A stretch of DNA of 62,184 nucleotides. It comes from Saprolegnia diclina VS20 (lineage: Eukaryota). A program made the position numbers and the translations under genes. This document shows positions 23,713-37,152 of the stretch, in pieces; positions within the stretch are counted from its first letter, which is position 1; every line of letters starts with the position of its first letter. The notes under the pieces are model-generated. The model made no database searches. It was given only the letters and a program-made list of their open reading frames with translations, and was not told the DNA's origin. The DNA lies in the NCBI RefSeq assembly GCF_000281045.1, contig NW_008246130.1:33748-95931 (forward strand), in the 5' to 3' direction.

Positions 23713-26700
23713 CTACTGGCTCAAAGTGCGCTTCCGCTTCTTGTCCTTGGGCGCCTTGGCCGCCTTGGGGCCGCCGAGCAACTGGAGCATCTGCGCGACC
23801 ATACCTTTCACGACAGGGCTGCCGGCATCGAGCGCCTTGAGCTCGTCGGCGAGCGCGAGCGCGTCCAGCGTCGTGTCCTTGAGGTCCATACGGGCCTTCA
23901 GAAGCGCTTGGCCACAGGCAGCGACGCCCTTGAGGCGCTTGCCCTTGACCTTGGTCATGGCCTCCAAGCACGCCTTCTGCAGCTTGGTGCTCCACGGCGA
24001 GAGGAGCTCGAGCGTCATGCCCTTGGTCTTGACGAGCGCGGTGACGTACCGCGCGACCTCGGCGCGGTTAAAGTCGTCGACCGCGCTGTCGTCGACGCAG
24101 AGGCCGGCGAGCGTCGGGAAGAGAAGCGTCGTCGCCTGCACGGGCGCCTTGGCGACAAGGTCGTCAAAGACCACGCGGGGCATCTTTTGGTGCTTCTTGG
24201 TCAAGAGCAGGGTCACGACCGGCGCCAAGAGCGCGCTGACGTCCGCCGTCTTGCCGTCCTTCGTGAGCTGGCGCACGACGTACACGACGAGGGTCGCGGC
24301 CACCGACGCCTGCTTCTTTTCGCACATGGTGGAGCCGAGCGTGGTCAGGATCGACTCAAGCGCCGCCTTGAGGCCTGCGCGATCGTTCGAGTGGCCTTCC
24401 TTGCGCTTTGTGAGCTTGGTAAGGACGCTGCCGAGGCGCTCGCTCCACACAATGAGATCCGTCGACGCCTTCGTCGACGTCCAGGCCGTAAAGAGCGGCG
24501 CGATGAGCATGGCCGAGTGCGGGCCCGTGCCGGCGGCGTAGGCGTGGAGGAGGTCGAGGACACGGACTTTGAAGTGGAGCGCGGCCATCTTGAGGCGCTT
24601 CGCCTGCTGCTTGGCCTTCTTCTTCTCGACCACGTTGTTGACGAGCGCCGAGAGCGCCGCGTCTTCGCGCTGGAGCTCCGAGAGCGCGGCTTCCTCCGAG
24701 ATCTCTTCTTCCTCATCCTCGTCGTCGTTCTCGTCGTCGTCGTTGGCCGAGACCTCCATGTCCACCGGCTGCGTGAGCTGGGTCGGGTCAATCGGGGCAC
24801 CTTCGTCGTCGTCGTCTTCGTCGTCGCCCATCGAAAGCATCGAGCTCTCCTCCGGCGCCGTGACCACATCCAGCATGCTCTGAAGCGACGTTGCGTCGAG
24901 CTGGTCCATGATGGAGCGGAAGACGTGGTTGACGATTTCGCGCATGACACTCGACTCTTGCGCGAGCATGCTGAGCATCATGTCCGTAAGGACCGTGAGC
25001 GGCTGCGGCACCTCGTCGTCGACCTCCTGCGTCTTCTTGCCCTTCTTGGCGGGCGACTTCTTCTTAGGCTTGGCGGCCGCGTTGAGCTCTTTCAAGCAGC
25101 GCTCGAGATCGTCGAGGACGGACGCGGCTTCGTCGCGCGACGACGCATCGAGCAGCTGGAGACCGACGCACACGCTGAGGAGCATGAAGCCCTTGAGCTT
25201 GAGCTGCTCCTTCTTGTCCGTGGCAGCCTTCAACTGCGTCGAGAGCGAAGCGATTTGCGCGTTTACAATCGTCTTCTTGGCCGCGTGTTCCTTGGTGAGC
25301 GGTTCGACAAGCGCGAGGTCCTTCTTGATGTCCATCTCGGACCACGTCGCCCAGAGGCGGAACGGCACGCTCTGCTCGAGCGTCGACGAGCCCTTCAAGG
25401 CGTGGCTGCCAAGGCCCATGAGCGCGTACACGCGCTTCCCGCAGGCCGCCACGACGTTCTCCGAGACAGCCGGGTCGACCGTCGTCGTCTTCTTGGCCTT
25501 CTTGGTGTGCGTGTAGAAGGCATGTTCGAGCAGGAACGAGAGCACGGACGACCAGACCTTGTCGTCGGCGGTGCTCGGCAGCGTCTGCGTGGCCGTGTAC
25601 ATCGTGTCGAGCGCCCACATGCGCGCGCCGGCGATGCGCTTGGCCTGGTACTCCTTGCGTTCCTTCTCTTCTTCCATGGCCATGACGGCCTCAAACTCGA
25701 ACGTCTTGGCCGCCTTGGACTCGATTTCACTAGATATGGCATGTGTCAGAAAACCGGATGTTCCGGATAAAGCAGAAACGCAACATACGTGTCGGCTTCG
25801 TCGAGCGGCGACACAAGGCTCGTGAGCGGCTGCGCAAAGTGGTGCTGCAGGAAATGGTAAAACTCGAGCGGGTTCTTGGCCGCAAACGTGTGGAGGCTGG
25901 CGACCGCGGCTTCGTGGAGGTACGTCTTCTTCGAGACAGCGTTGTTGTAGAGGCACTTGACAAAACGGGGCGTCAGAATCGAGCGAAGCGTCGGGCCCGG
26001 GACCTTGGCGACGATGAGCTCAAAGAGCTTGAAGGCCGTGCCGCGGCGCTCGTGCGTCGAGGTCTCGCCAATGAGCATGCCATCAATGAGGACGGTCCAT
26101 GCCTCCTGGAAACGCTCTTCGTCGAGCTTGGGGCTCGCAAAGAAGTGGTCGAGGAGCCGACGCCACGACGAATGCACGCGCGGGTAGCAGACCGTCGACG
26201 AGGCCTTCAGCGGCTCGACGAGGCGACCCATATGGTGGCGGTCGAGGATCGTCGCCGCGACAAACGAGGCGTGTGTCTTGAGCAGCTTGTGCGTGGCGAG
26301 GAACTCGTGGAGGCCAATGGCGAACGCGACTTGGTCGGCGTTGAAGGACGCGACTGGGCCTTCGAGCGCCGCGCTAAACAGCGGAAGGAGGGTCGTAAAC
26401 GTCGTCGGCGTCATCGACACGACAAACGACAGCACCGCTTCCAAGCACGACTCGCGGAACCACTTCTTCCACTTGGCCATCGTGAGCAGTTCGGTGACGA
26501 GGGCCGTGACGAGGACTTCGTCATCGAGGCGCAGCGATTGCTGCAAGGCGAGGATGCCAAAGAGGCGGCCAAACATGTGCTCGCGCTGCTCCATGCCCTT
26601 CATCGAGCTCGAGATGTCCATGGTCGACTTGATCGTGGCAAAGACCTCGGCCAGATCCAGCGACGGGAACGCATGCAGCACCGCGGTGAGCGCGGTCGAG

Positions 26701-26933
26701 AAGCCTTGGCGCGCCGCGTCGCGCGACGAGGCCAAGCCGCGGATCAGGCGCTTCAGTGTGTAGTTGAGTTCGTCGGCGTCGTTGGCCGTGCGCAGGTGGC
26801 TCACGATGGCCTCGACGGCCGCAGTCCGCGTCGCCACATTGAGCTCGGCCAAGTCCCAGAAGACCTTGAGGAACGAGCTGCGGGTCTCGTCCGCGGCCGG
26901 CGTGGGCTGCTGCTTCTCCGGGGACGAAGTCAT
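23713..26933 (-). CDS. POL5: DNA polymerase phi / Myb-binding protein 1A (rRNA biogenesis), 2 exons
   Basis: FWDLAE...YTLKRLIRGLASSRDAARQGFSTAL; FGRLFG; acidic tract followed by D.AL..L...HFKVRVLDLL; intron ~25731-25782. Confidence 0.88.
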
Positions 26934-27958
26934 GCTTGGGATGATTCTTTCCTTGGACTATTGGTTGGCCACCCGCCGGTCCAATCGAAATTCGCACCAG
27001 TCATTTTTGGCCAATCCCTGCAAATCGCACGCAATGCCTGTCTGCGATTGGGCCGCAAGATCTCTCGATACTAGAACATGGCGAGGCTTGTAACGCGTAC
27101 AGGCACGGAATTCCTAGGAATCGCATTGGCCATGATTTGCGGTCGACGCATGCGGTAGGAGGACGACGCAGTCGTCGGCTGGAAGACGACGCCACGAAGC
27201 TGGTCGGGCAGCGATCGGCTACTGCATGTCGAAGCGGCTCGTACCGGTACATGGCCACGACGACTGGTAAGCAGCTACGGTATATGGCGCCGGCGACGTG
27301 GCGAGAAGGTTGCACGAGGTGCGTCGCAGGCAACAATGGCAGCCGCACGCGGAAGCCGCACCGCCGATACATAAATGGCGCAGGCTATGATGTGGCATCC
27401 GCGGTTCTATAGTACCAAGTACCAAGTGCCATGATAGTAGCAGCCAAGCGGCTTGCAGTTGGCGAGGTGCGAGTGTGTAGCTTTTGCAGCAGCGTCTTCT
27501 CAGATGCAAGAAATGCAACGCGAGGCTGGACGTCGTGGGCCTTCGAGCCGTCGCGTGAGTGACGGTAGCTGCCACTAGCCCAGCGCTTGCACGTGAAAGC
27601 GTGTGTTCAGGCAAAAGATACCGCCCAGGTGGCTCTGAAAAGGCCCCCAAGCTTCCCGCGTTCCTCGCTGCAGGGGATGGGCTACCTATGTGCCAAACAC
27701 CCTGCCCGCCAAGACCGACCCGTCGCGACTAGCGCCCTCCCACGCCTCGAGGCGTCGCGGCCACGGAACGACGAGAAGGATGACGACTGCGCTCAGTACG
27801 TGTGCTAGACAGGCAGGTCGCATAGCACGCGCCGCCGCTGGCGTGCGTGGGTGGGTGGCCGTAGAAGAGGCACTTGGCTTGAAGTTGTATTACACCAAGA
27901 CAGATAGATTGCGTTTTTATAGATAGGATAGGGATGAAGCAAATTAAATAGGACCGAC

Positions 27959-28474
27959 TTAAATGACACACTCGAGGGACCGGCCGGGGGTCTCGAGTAC
28001 GACGTACGCGTTGTGGGTCATCTCGTCGTCGTCCTTCTCCGCCTTGGTCGACACGACAAGCGTCACCTTCTTGGTGGCTTGCGGGCGGAACTTGTTCCAG
28101 CCCATGATGGTCAGAAAGAGGAGACTGCCGATGCACATGAACGTGACGGTGAACGCCGCGTCTTCGGTGACCGCGAGCCAAATACCGCCGATAAGAAGAC
28201 CGGCGGCCGAGAGACCGTCAAAGAGGTACGGCTTGGCGGGCGGGTTGCGGCCGCGGTACCGGACAAGCAGCCACGCGGTCGAGTTGGCAATCGCCATGAT
28301 GACGGCGAGGAAGGCCACAAAAAAGCCGACGCTCCAATGCAGCGAGAAGGCGAGGCCGAGGCAGCTCACGGCGGCGGCGCTGGCTTGTGCGATGCGAAGG
28401 CCGAGCGGCACGCGTTCCGTGATGGGCATGCGGACGGGGCTGGCGTAGTTGACGTAAGTGGTCGAGGTGGCCAT
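27959..28474 (-). CDS. Four-TM MARVEL/CASP-like membrane protein
   Basis: LGLRIAQA..A start of TM1; four hydrophobic helices; FDGL..A.LLIGG; intronless, 171 aa. Confidence 0.6.
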   Translation of the reverse strand: MATSTTYVNYASPVRMPITERVPLGLRIAQASAAAVSCLGLAFSLHWSVGFFVAFLAVIMAIANSTAWLLVRYRGRNPPAKPYLFDGLSAAGLLIGGIWLAVTEDAAFTVTFMCIGSLLFLTIMGWNKFRPQATKKVTLVVSTKAEKDDDEMTHNAYVVLETPGRSLECVI

Positions 28475-29714
28475 GCTGGTTGCGGGGCTTGAGGTAAATT
28501 GGGAAATGATGCACTTTTATCAAGTGCACGACCGAGCTTGTTGCCAACACTTCATAGCGATAAAAGATACCACCTTCGCTGCAAAGCACAGCCGAGCGAG
28601 GTTGAAGGTGCGACATGTGGTGGGCCAAACTAAAAAAAGCGCTCGAATTTTGGCGAGCTTATAGGTTTTTCACCCACGCCAGATGGGTTTTACCTACGGC
28701 AAACTGATCAGTGGCGCCACTCCCAGCTGGTTGGCGGGGTTGAACCCATGGGTTGAACCTACCTTGCCCCGCAGTTGCAACCGCGTCTAAACACTCGCTC
28801 GACCAGGTTCACAGGTTTCGTTTCAGAAGGCGCAGCCGTCGCGTGTGCTGTGAGTCCCCGTAAGCTTTCACGTCTCGCCCCCATCTTCCTTGTCAACGAC
28901 TCGGCAATCTCGCCGCCCCCAAGCGCCGATCACCAACGGCCCGGCAACACGTTAAACGCCATGCGTTAAACGTCCTAAAACGCGGTGGTGCTTTTCTATG
29001 AAGGCATCTGAGTGTGTTGCTTTTCCTCGAATCTGGATCTGAGGCTTCGATCCGCCGCGTTGCACAGCGCGAAGTCGCACCCTGGCGACTGTGAGCTTGG
29101 CGACCGCAGCATGCCATCTTGGCGTCAACCTCCTATGAAATGCACGACCTACCCATGCGGTACGACCGGTACCAGTAACACCACACAACAGAAAGGCCTG
29201 CCTATCCATTGCCGACCTACGAAGATGACGCAGAGTCTCCCACGCGAATATAAACCGCTCCGTGTCGATTAACCCTCTGGGTTATATATTTCCTGGTCCC
29301 TGCAAGTGAATTGGCCGACAAATAACCTCATGTAATGCTGGTCGTTTCCTAGGGTCGGCGTCGCAGACCCTATCACAAGTGGACCTACGACACACTGCCG
29401 TCGGTGCTTCACTTCGCCACACTACAGTTATAGACGCGAAAACAATCGAACGTGGCGTCCAAGCAAGCAAATTCGGATAGCAAACATCTCAGTTGGAACC
29501 AGGCGGAACCAGGTGAGTCACCGGGAACGTCGTGGTCGCGCCTGGCGACGCACACCTGGCTTTAGCGGCCGAGAAAGATATACAAATATTCGGCACGACG
29601 ACAGCACATATCACTTGGCGAATAATCGGTGGTTTGTTGGTGGGCTGCGACCTCCTTCATGTCTGTTTCAGTCGCATTCTTAGCGTATTCTTAGAGCCAA
29701 TAATTCGTTATGGG

Positions 29715-30946
29715 CTAGTCGGTCGATGTTTTTTGCTCCATCATGCGCGCGAGAATCTTCTTCTTCCAGTCCAAGTACTCTTCGGCGCTTGGTGCGGGCG
29801 ATGTTGGTGCCGGCGATAGAACTTTCTGTGCTGGCGCCGGGGCTTGGCCTATGCAACCTCGTCGGCTTCCAATCTCATGGATGCGATGTGTGTACCTGAC
29901 GTGGCGGCCTTGGCGGAGGTTTGGAGCTGGATGAGCTTTTTGATTTGATCGAGTGACCGGGTCGCGCTGGCACCGGCGCTGGCTTGCGGCCCTGCATTCT
30001 CCTTTGGCTTGTTCGCACGCGCGTCGCCATCGTCGTCGCCATCGTCGTCGCCAGTATCGGCCAAGTCCTTGCGCTTGCGCTTGCGCCCTATGAATTCGCC
30101 GCATGCAACCTTCTTCTTCTTCGCGGCTACTTGTCGATGTACCAATTTTCAAGCTCGCCTCGGAACGCGTATAGCGTGAGAGCGAGAGGTCGCAGACGCG
30201 CTACAGCCACCGTCACTGGCCTGCGACATCAGTGCGATGGCGTGCTACCTCGATGGACGACACGACACTCGCAAACTCATTCGGGTGGCTAAAGGTCATT
30301 TGGATGAGCTGCGCCTTGTCCACGCGGTGCTAATACACAGAGGTAACATGAGCGCACGTCGCACATCGCAAATACATACGTTGGCTTTTTGCGCGCATAC
30401 ATAGAAGACAGCAATCGGAAAGAGCGGCCGGGAAAAGTCCACTTGCTGCTGGCTCGCTTTCGAGAGCTTCGAGACCATGCGGTGCTAAAAGTGGCTGGCA
30501 CAACGTCATGACTCGGCGCACGGAAGTACCTTGTAGTCGTCGTGGACGGCCGCAACAAACTCGGTGAGCGCCGGGCAGCCAAATTTGACGCAGAGCGCGG
30601 CCGTCGTTACCGTCGCATTATGGTTGGCGTGGAGGCGCAAGAGGCTCGAAATCAGCCGCACGCTCTGCTTGTGCTTGGCGAGACTTCGACCGCCTGCCAG
30701 CGTAAAGAGCTTGTGGCTGTCGCACGGCTGCTGAAGCACATCGCATGCGAGCTCGAGGCAGGCGGCCGGCCGGTCGAGCAGCGACACCGACGCCTTGCCC
30801 TAGCGGGATCGCATGAGCGTAGCAGACGCAGAAGCTTCTCGTACACCCTGCATCTTGAGGTCGATCATGCGCATGTACTCCATGGCCTTTCCCGTCACCT
30901 CTGGCGAGAGTCCGCCATACTTGTCGGCCAAGGCGCGAAGATCCAT
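29715..30946 (-). CDS. ORC6: Origin recognition complex subunit 6, about 7 short exons (not evident in the ORF track)
   Basis: MDLRALADKYG...KAMEYMRM; ACLELAC; LCVKFGC; VDFSRPLFPIAVFYVCA; VDKAQLIQ...EF; C-terminal EEYLDWKKKIL. Confidence 0.85.
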
Positions 30947-31574
30947 GCCGTTTTGTGTGACTGGCACAGGCCATCGTCGGGTATCCGGACGAAACGCCTA
31001 TATCCGGCAAACAAACTAAATAGTGTTATGTTGTAAACTCTGGGGCATTAACACGCTGTCACAATGAGATATTGGGGAATGTTGGGCTATGTTGGTCCTA
31101 TTGGCCATTTGAGAGAGCTACCGACGCCAGTACAGCCCAAAAGACCGTGTTGGACAACGTTAAACCTGCACAGCAGCAAACAATGACAGTATTACAGGTA
31201 TATCACTCCAAAAATTGGTGTGAAGAAAGGCGTACTGGCCGACACTATATCTGTGTGTTTCGGCCCAAGTCCTAATTTCGTGTGACTTCAAGAAGCCGAC
31301 AGCACCTGCGTTTGAATGATGGCGGCGTCAGCTGCACGCTCCAGCTGCCGTGGTTTACATGGTGCTCCTTTGTAGCCACACATATCGTTGCTGGCCATAA
31401 ATATGCACGCGGCCCGCAGGATCGCGGGTGTGGGTACAATTGGGCAATTCGGCGTTTGCCTGCTCCTAGAAATAGTGTGCGCGGATTGTGACTTGATATT
31501 TGTATGCATGTCGGATGACCTGATTAGGATTCATTGACTGCCGAACGAGGGAATTGCATTCTTCGTTTACCGCC

Positions 31575-32793
31575 ATGTCGACGTCTGCTCTCAAGTCGAT
31601 CGCGAGCCTCCGCTCGATCGGGAAGGCCACGAGCTTCAACGACCTCAAGTCGACGCTTACGGCGCCGGCGCTTCCAAAGGAGACCACGCGCATGATCCCG
31701 CAGGTCACGAACGGCGGCGGCGTCGGCGCCAACCTCTGCCTCTTCATCCTGGCGCTCGTCGCCGCGACGCCGTTCATCCTTGTGCCAGGTACGCTCCGCA
31801 TGGTGCAGCTTGTTGCATGATATCTTATTTATCGTATTCGGCGCGTAGTGTTTGTGTGCTTGAAGCTCGATGGCACGGTCCACTGGTCGTGGGCGACGAC
31901 CTTGATTCCGCTCTGGATCTGCAATGCGCTCGTGCTGCCGTACCTCTATGCCAAGAACATGAAGCCCATCAAGATCAACCTCAACACGAGCGAAGAGACG
32001 CCGCTTGTCGGCAAGGCGGGCGAGAAGACGATGGCCGAGGAAGCCATGGAGTCGGCCAACTGCTTTGTCCACACGTACACCCTTGGTCATTGTCGTCGCA
32101 TCTCATATTCGCACGTACTATGTACTAGGACGCGCAACTTGGCGCTGCTGGCGTATCTGACGGCGCAGATCTTTGTCGTCCTGCGCCTCGACCACGTCGT
32201 CGAGTGGCACTGGCTCATTGTGCTCATCCCGTACTACGTCGCCAGCGTCCTCTCGTGCGAAGGCTTTGACTTGATCCAGTCGCTCCTCATTGCCGCCAAG
32301 ATGGACGGGATGCTCGACTCGACGTGGCTCTTGACGCTCATGCCGTCGTGGGTCGGCCTCGCCATCTTCCTCGTCTTCCTTGTCCGTGCTTGTGTTCGCA
32401 TCTGGCATCTCACGCACACCTGTCTTGTAGCCGCTCCAGACGTACTGGGCGTTCAAAGCGTCACCCGACGACGACGACGACGTTGAGCCCAAGTCGCGCG
32501 CCTTCCGCTTCTTCCTCGCGCTCGGTGTCTTTGTCGGCCTTGTGTTCCTCACGTCGCCGATCTTTATCGCGATCTACCGCCTCGACTACGCGGTGTTCTC
32601 GACGTTCTACATTGCGCTTCCGTTCTTTGTCCTGGTCGGCGGCGCCATCTTGGCCGTACGTTCCCTTGGTATAGTCCAACATGGGCATGTCGCTTATGTC
32701 GTGGATTAGGGTTTCGCGTCCGTGTTTCTCATGACGTCCGAGCCGACGACGAGCACCATTTACGTCCACGCAGTCGCCGACGACGAGTGCTAA
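31575..32793 (+). CDS. TMEM185-like multi-pass membrane protein (copy B), multi-exon
   Basis: VCLKLDGTVHWSWATTLIPLW; LRLDHVVEWHWLIVLIPY; AKMDGMLDSTWLLTLMPSW; YRLDYAVFS. Confidence 0.75.
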
Positions 32794-33033
32794 TCGTCCA
32801 ACAACTCGTGTACGTTGAGTAATACCCAGAGAATCCACAGTTGTGTTTTGGTAAATGTCTGGAAACCTCGAGACGCGCCAAGAGAGAGATAGATATATGT
32901 AGTAGTGACCATTTAGCGTCGACGTCGAAGTGCGAGGAGTGGTACTGTATAATACGCAGCGTAATGAAGCATCGTCAACGAGCGCTTGTTGGTTCGTGCT
33001 GGTGCAGTGTAGCTGCACATACCGTCATAAAGC

Positions 33034-33106
33034 TAGTCGAGTGGGCAGTCTAGCCTTATTGGCAATAAGCCTTATTGGCAATAAGGCTAGACTGCCCACT
33101 CGACTA
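33034..33106. repeat. 73-bp hairpin with perfect 28-bp inverted arms (MITE-like)
   Basis: TAGTCGAGTGGGCAGTCTAGCCTTATTG (33034-33061) is the exact reverse complement of 33079-33106; TA at both ends. Confidence 0.9.
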
Positions 33107-33289
33107 ATGTACATCTGGGGTTCTGCGTACGAAACTCTCCAGAAAAGAATCTGGTGCCGGCAGAATCATCGAGTGTTGGCCCGCGAGGTTCAAATGACGG
33201 TCTCGGATTGGTCGAAAAATAGCCAATGGCATCGATCCCTGCTACAACCAGGCGGCAGAAGCAAAATTGAGCTGACGGCGCCGAGCTCG

Positions 33290-34573
33290 ATGGCCGCCAA
33301 CGACAACGCCGTCGCGCAGTCGATCATCGACCGCCTCATGCCCGCGATCCCGCGCTTCATCTTTGAGAGTCTACGCACCGACCCGATGCTGCGGCTTCTA
33401 CTCTGCGGCTACGTCATATGCGTCGTGCTGATTCTCGCCCCCTTGGTTCTCGTCCCACGTACATCCTCGCCTGCTACTGCGTGGCCTCACGTCCATGTCG
33501 CTAGTGTGCATCTGCCTCAAGGTGGACGGCCTCATCGCCGCGCCGTGGCGAATCGCCTTGACGCCGCTCTGGGGCTTTGAAGCTCTCTGTATCGCCGGCG
33601 CCTTTGCGGGGCTGTTTGTCGAAGACTCGGACGCCCAAGCCGCCGACGTCAGCGCAGTCATAGAAGAGACAGACGCAATATATCTCGAGGAAGGCGCCAA
33701 CAAGAGCCCAAAGACGTACGGCACCACCGACGCGACCGTCGATGCAGCTCCCAAGGCACTGGACGATGACGTCGCCGACGCACCACAACCAACGAGCACC
33801 CGTCCCAAGATGATGCTATCCACGTACGTACTACATACGTCCTGGTGTTGCGAGGGTCCGACGCTAGTATCGTTATAGGCGCGAATTCGTCGGCGGTACC
33901 TGCACCTGCATCGTGCATTTCCTTGTAGCCCTGCGCATGGACGGTGTCTTCGAGTGCGCATGGATCTGGTTGTTCCTCGCCTTTGTCGCCTCGGATGTGA
34001 TCGGCGGCCCCGAGATCGGCGGTACGGGGCTCCTCGTCCAGTATTTGCTCATCTTTCTCAAGCTCGACAACACGCTCACGTGGAGCTGGGCCGTCATTTT
34101 GATTCCTACGTGGTTCGCCATCGGTGTCGTCGTTCTTCTACTTGTACGCTTGCGTTGTGCTCTGTGATACTCAGAGCTCTCGTAGCCATGCTTCGTGTAC
34201 ATTGCTGCCAAGGAATTTGACGTCGTCTCGCCGCCTGCGATTGCTGCATTTAGTCTTGCGGGCCTTGTGGCAGCCGGCGCGATCGTCGCCTCGCTGGTTC
34301 TCATCACGCTCAAGCTCCAAGGGGCTGACACGTACTCGGCGTTTGAGACGTGTCTGCCCTACTTTGCCTCGCTGATTTTGCTTATTGCCATCGTACCGAT
34401 CTCACGAAGTACGCTTGGGCTAACGTCAGTACTAGGGCGCGTTGGCCATCTTTATGTTTTGGCCGATTCCACCTCCCCAAGTTGAGGAAGGCGAAGCGAT
34501 TGCAGAAGACGAGACTGCAGCAAGTACCACGACCGACGCACTCGCTACTACGAGTTCAGAGACTGTGTTGTAG
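33290..34573 (+). CDS. TMEM185-like multi-pass membrane protein (copy C), multi-exon
   Basis: LRTDPMLRLLLCGYV (cf. copy A); CLKVDGLIAAPW; LRMDGVFECAW; LKLDNTLTWSWAVILIPTW. Confidence 0.75.
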
Positions 34574-34854
34574 TCGACAAGTGCAGTAGAAATAATAACA
34601 GTGGTACAGAGCGACGATGACAAAAAGGTTTTAGTGGTGGCGCTTTTTCGTCAACCTTGAAACACACAAAAAATGTCTACTAAACTGAGCACTAAACTTC
34701 CTAGCTGATAATGCTACGATCAAGCGCGCTGACTGCACATCTGTCGAACATCCTTCGCCCAGCAGTCGGTTCCAACGTCGGTCGTTTGTTATTATGACAA
34801 TATTTCCATACATTTTAGCTATAAAAATTACAAAACAATTTGGCATCCCTACAA

Positions 34855-36732
34855 CTACGTCTTGTGCAGGTTGAGGAACGCGTCGAGGCGGCGTAGCATC
34901 TCTTTGAGCTCTGCGTTTTCTTTCTCGAGGGCGGATATGGTGGCCGCGTGCTTCTCAATGGCGAGAAGCCTATCGTGGATCGTCTCGAGGCTAGTGACGA
35001 CGACGTCCGGCTGCTCGTTGTCTGTGTTGGCGTCGGAACGAGAAATTTCGTTCGTGGCCGCCGACGACGTCGTATCCGTGTCTCCCATTTGGGTGGGATC
35101 ATCCTCGGGCGCCGGCAACGACTCGGCGATAGGAAGGACCAACTTTTGGAGCTTGATTGTCTTTTCACTTCGGAGAATGCACTCGGCAAAGCTCACGATC
35201 GCGTCGAGTTGCGCAGTCTCCATGTCGGTGGCCATCGTCGCGTTCATCATCGCAATGAGCACGTTGAGGAGGAGCACAATGACGAGCGTCGCGTGCGTCA
35301 ACAGCAGCGTGTAGCCGAGCACGATCGGCCCGGGCGACGGCAGCTTCTCAAACGGGTCTGCGTCAATTTGGCCGACGAGGACAAGAAAGGCCGTGACAAA
35401 GCTGTGGCTCATCGTGTTGTACGCGGCTTCGTTCCGGCCTTGAAAAAGAAGGTAGTAGGCAATCGTATAGGCGCCCAAAAACGGAACGTAGAAGGCCATG
35501 AACTTGAGGACGTCGTCCAGCATGTGCTTCATCATCGGGATCAAGTAGCCGGCGGTCTCGTGGACCTCGAGGTACTGGATGCTCAGCGCCCACGTTGCAA
35601 ACGTGAGCGTAATGCTCACGTAGAGCTCGGCGTCGCCCGAGGACGGCGCCAGCACTTCGCAGAATCCAAAGATAAAGATGGCCACAAACAGTGGCAGTTG
35701 GAGCTTGTTGAACGTCGATTCGAAGTAGTGGGACGCAGGCTTGTCGACAAAGCTCTTGAAATAGTCGACGAGCGCTTCGAGCGCGACGCAGAACCCGCCG
35801 TTCTTGGTCGCGTTCTCGTTGACTTCGCCGTAGAGCTCCAAGACCTCAAACCAGATAAAGTACGACGCGACGGTCGAGAGGAGGAGATTGTTGATGCGCA
35901 CAAACCAGATCCAGTCCGTGTGCGACGCAATGAGCTCCGAGACGAACCAGAGAGCGACGTCGACGATGGCAATGACACCGAACGTCGCGAGGCCCCACTG
36001 CTTGCGATTGGTATCGGGTGTGAGGAGGAAAGTGGCGCCAAATCCAAGGCCGAGCGCGACGCTGCCGTGAAGACAGAGTAAGAGCTGCCCATGAAACTCG
36101 GGGGTCGGACCGTTGTCGAGGTCCATCGACACGGAGAGCGTGAGCGTGAGCAGCAACAGCAGGTACAAGAGGCACTGCTGAATGTACATTTTGTTGCCGA
36201 AATGCTGTGTGGAACGTCATGAATTTGGAAAATATTCGAAATAAATAAGGGTACCTTCCACTTCAGATGCAGCATGAGCGCCATCGCATCGTGCTCGAGA
36301 AGCCCCTTCATCTCGGGCTCGCGAAGGAGCTTGAAGAGGATCGACTTGCGCAGCTCTCCAGCCTCGTTGCCATACAATTCGCAAATCTACGCAGCGACGC
36401 ACATAAGACACAAACGGCGATGACGGATCACGTACTGAATCGGAGTAGAGCACGACGGACTCCGCTTCGCCACGCTTCTTCTTCTCCTGCGTCGTCGCCT
36501 TCTGGTCCGGGAGCTTGCACTTGTCGAGCTCGTCCCACGCGCGTTGGAAATCGTTGGCCTCGATGTACCCAAGTAACGTTTTGATGGCGAACGCCTTGGC
36601 CGTCGCGGCGCCCGCCGACGTCTGCTTGCGTTGCTCGCCCGACTTGGTGGCTGGGCGACTGGTCCTCTCGTACTTCATTGTCGCCGGCTTGGCGGTCGTC
36701 GGCGCTGGTTTGGCGGTCGAGGGGCGCCGCAT
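34855..36732 (-). CDS. TRP-like cation channel paralog 6, 3 exons
   Basis: MRRPSTAK...ELDKC; LLEHDAMALMLHLKWK; HFGNKMYIQQ into the 444-aa ORF; pore VLVGQIDAD; S6 LLLNVLIAMM. Confidence 0.85.
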
Positions 36733-37152
36733 TCTGCCTTCCTCCAGTCTTTGTACGTGGCTGGCAATGGTGGCGACGATTGAGAAATGAGGAAATCCGG
36801 TGGAGGATCGTCCTTGCACCCAAATATCACTTGGCACAATCGCATTCAATCAAGTTTGAAAATACGCGTCGCGGATTGGTCCATGCTACTGGGTGTACTG
36901 AGAAATGATTGGCCAAAAGTAATGCGTGTCAAGTGGCCACTTGCCCCACGGCAATCTTTTAAAAACGATTGGGTTTACACTGGATATTTGTATGCATGTA
37001 GCAAATTTCGAATAAAAATACAGAATGGCAACCGCGCTGCCACGTCATTTCCAGCGTGGAGCGCAGCTGAGTCTGAACTTGACCGAATTTGTCAACTTGC
37101 ATGGGGTTGCCATTTCGAACTCACTTTGCTTTTTCGATTGTCGACAACAGCC

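Noticed and set aside
23908..27074. 620-aa and 443-aa plus-strand ORFs
   Set aside because: Antisense shadows of POL5/MYBBP1A
27100..27900. GC-rich stretch with short ORFs
   Set aside because: No coherent gene model or recognisable domain
29500..31000. Initially looked like a transposon relic with broken ORFs
   Set aside because: Resolves into the multi-exon ORC6 gene
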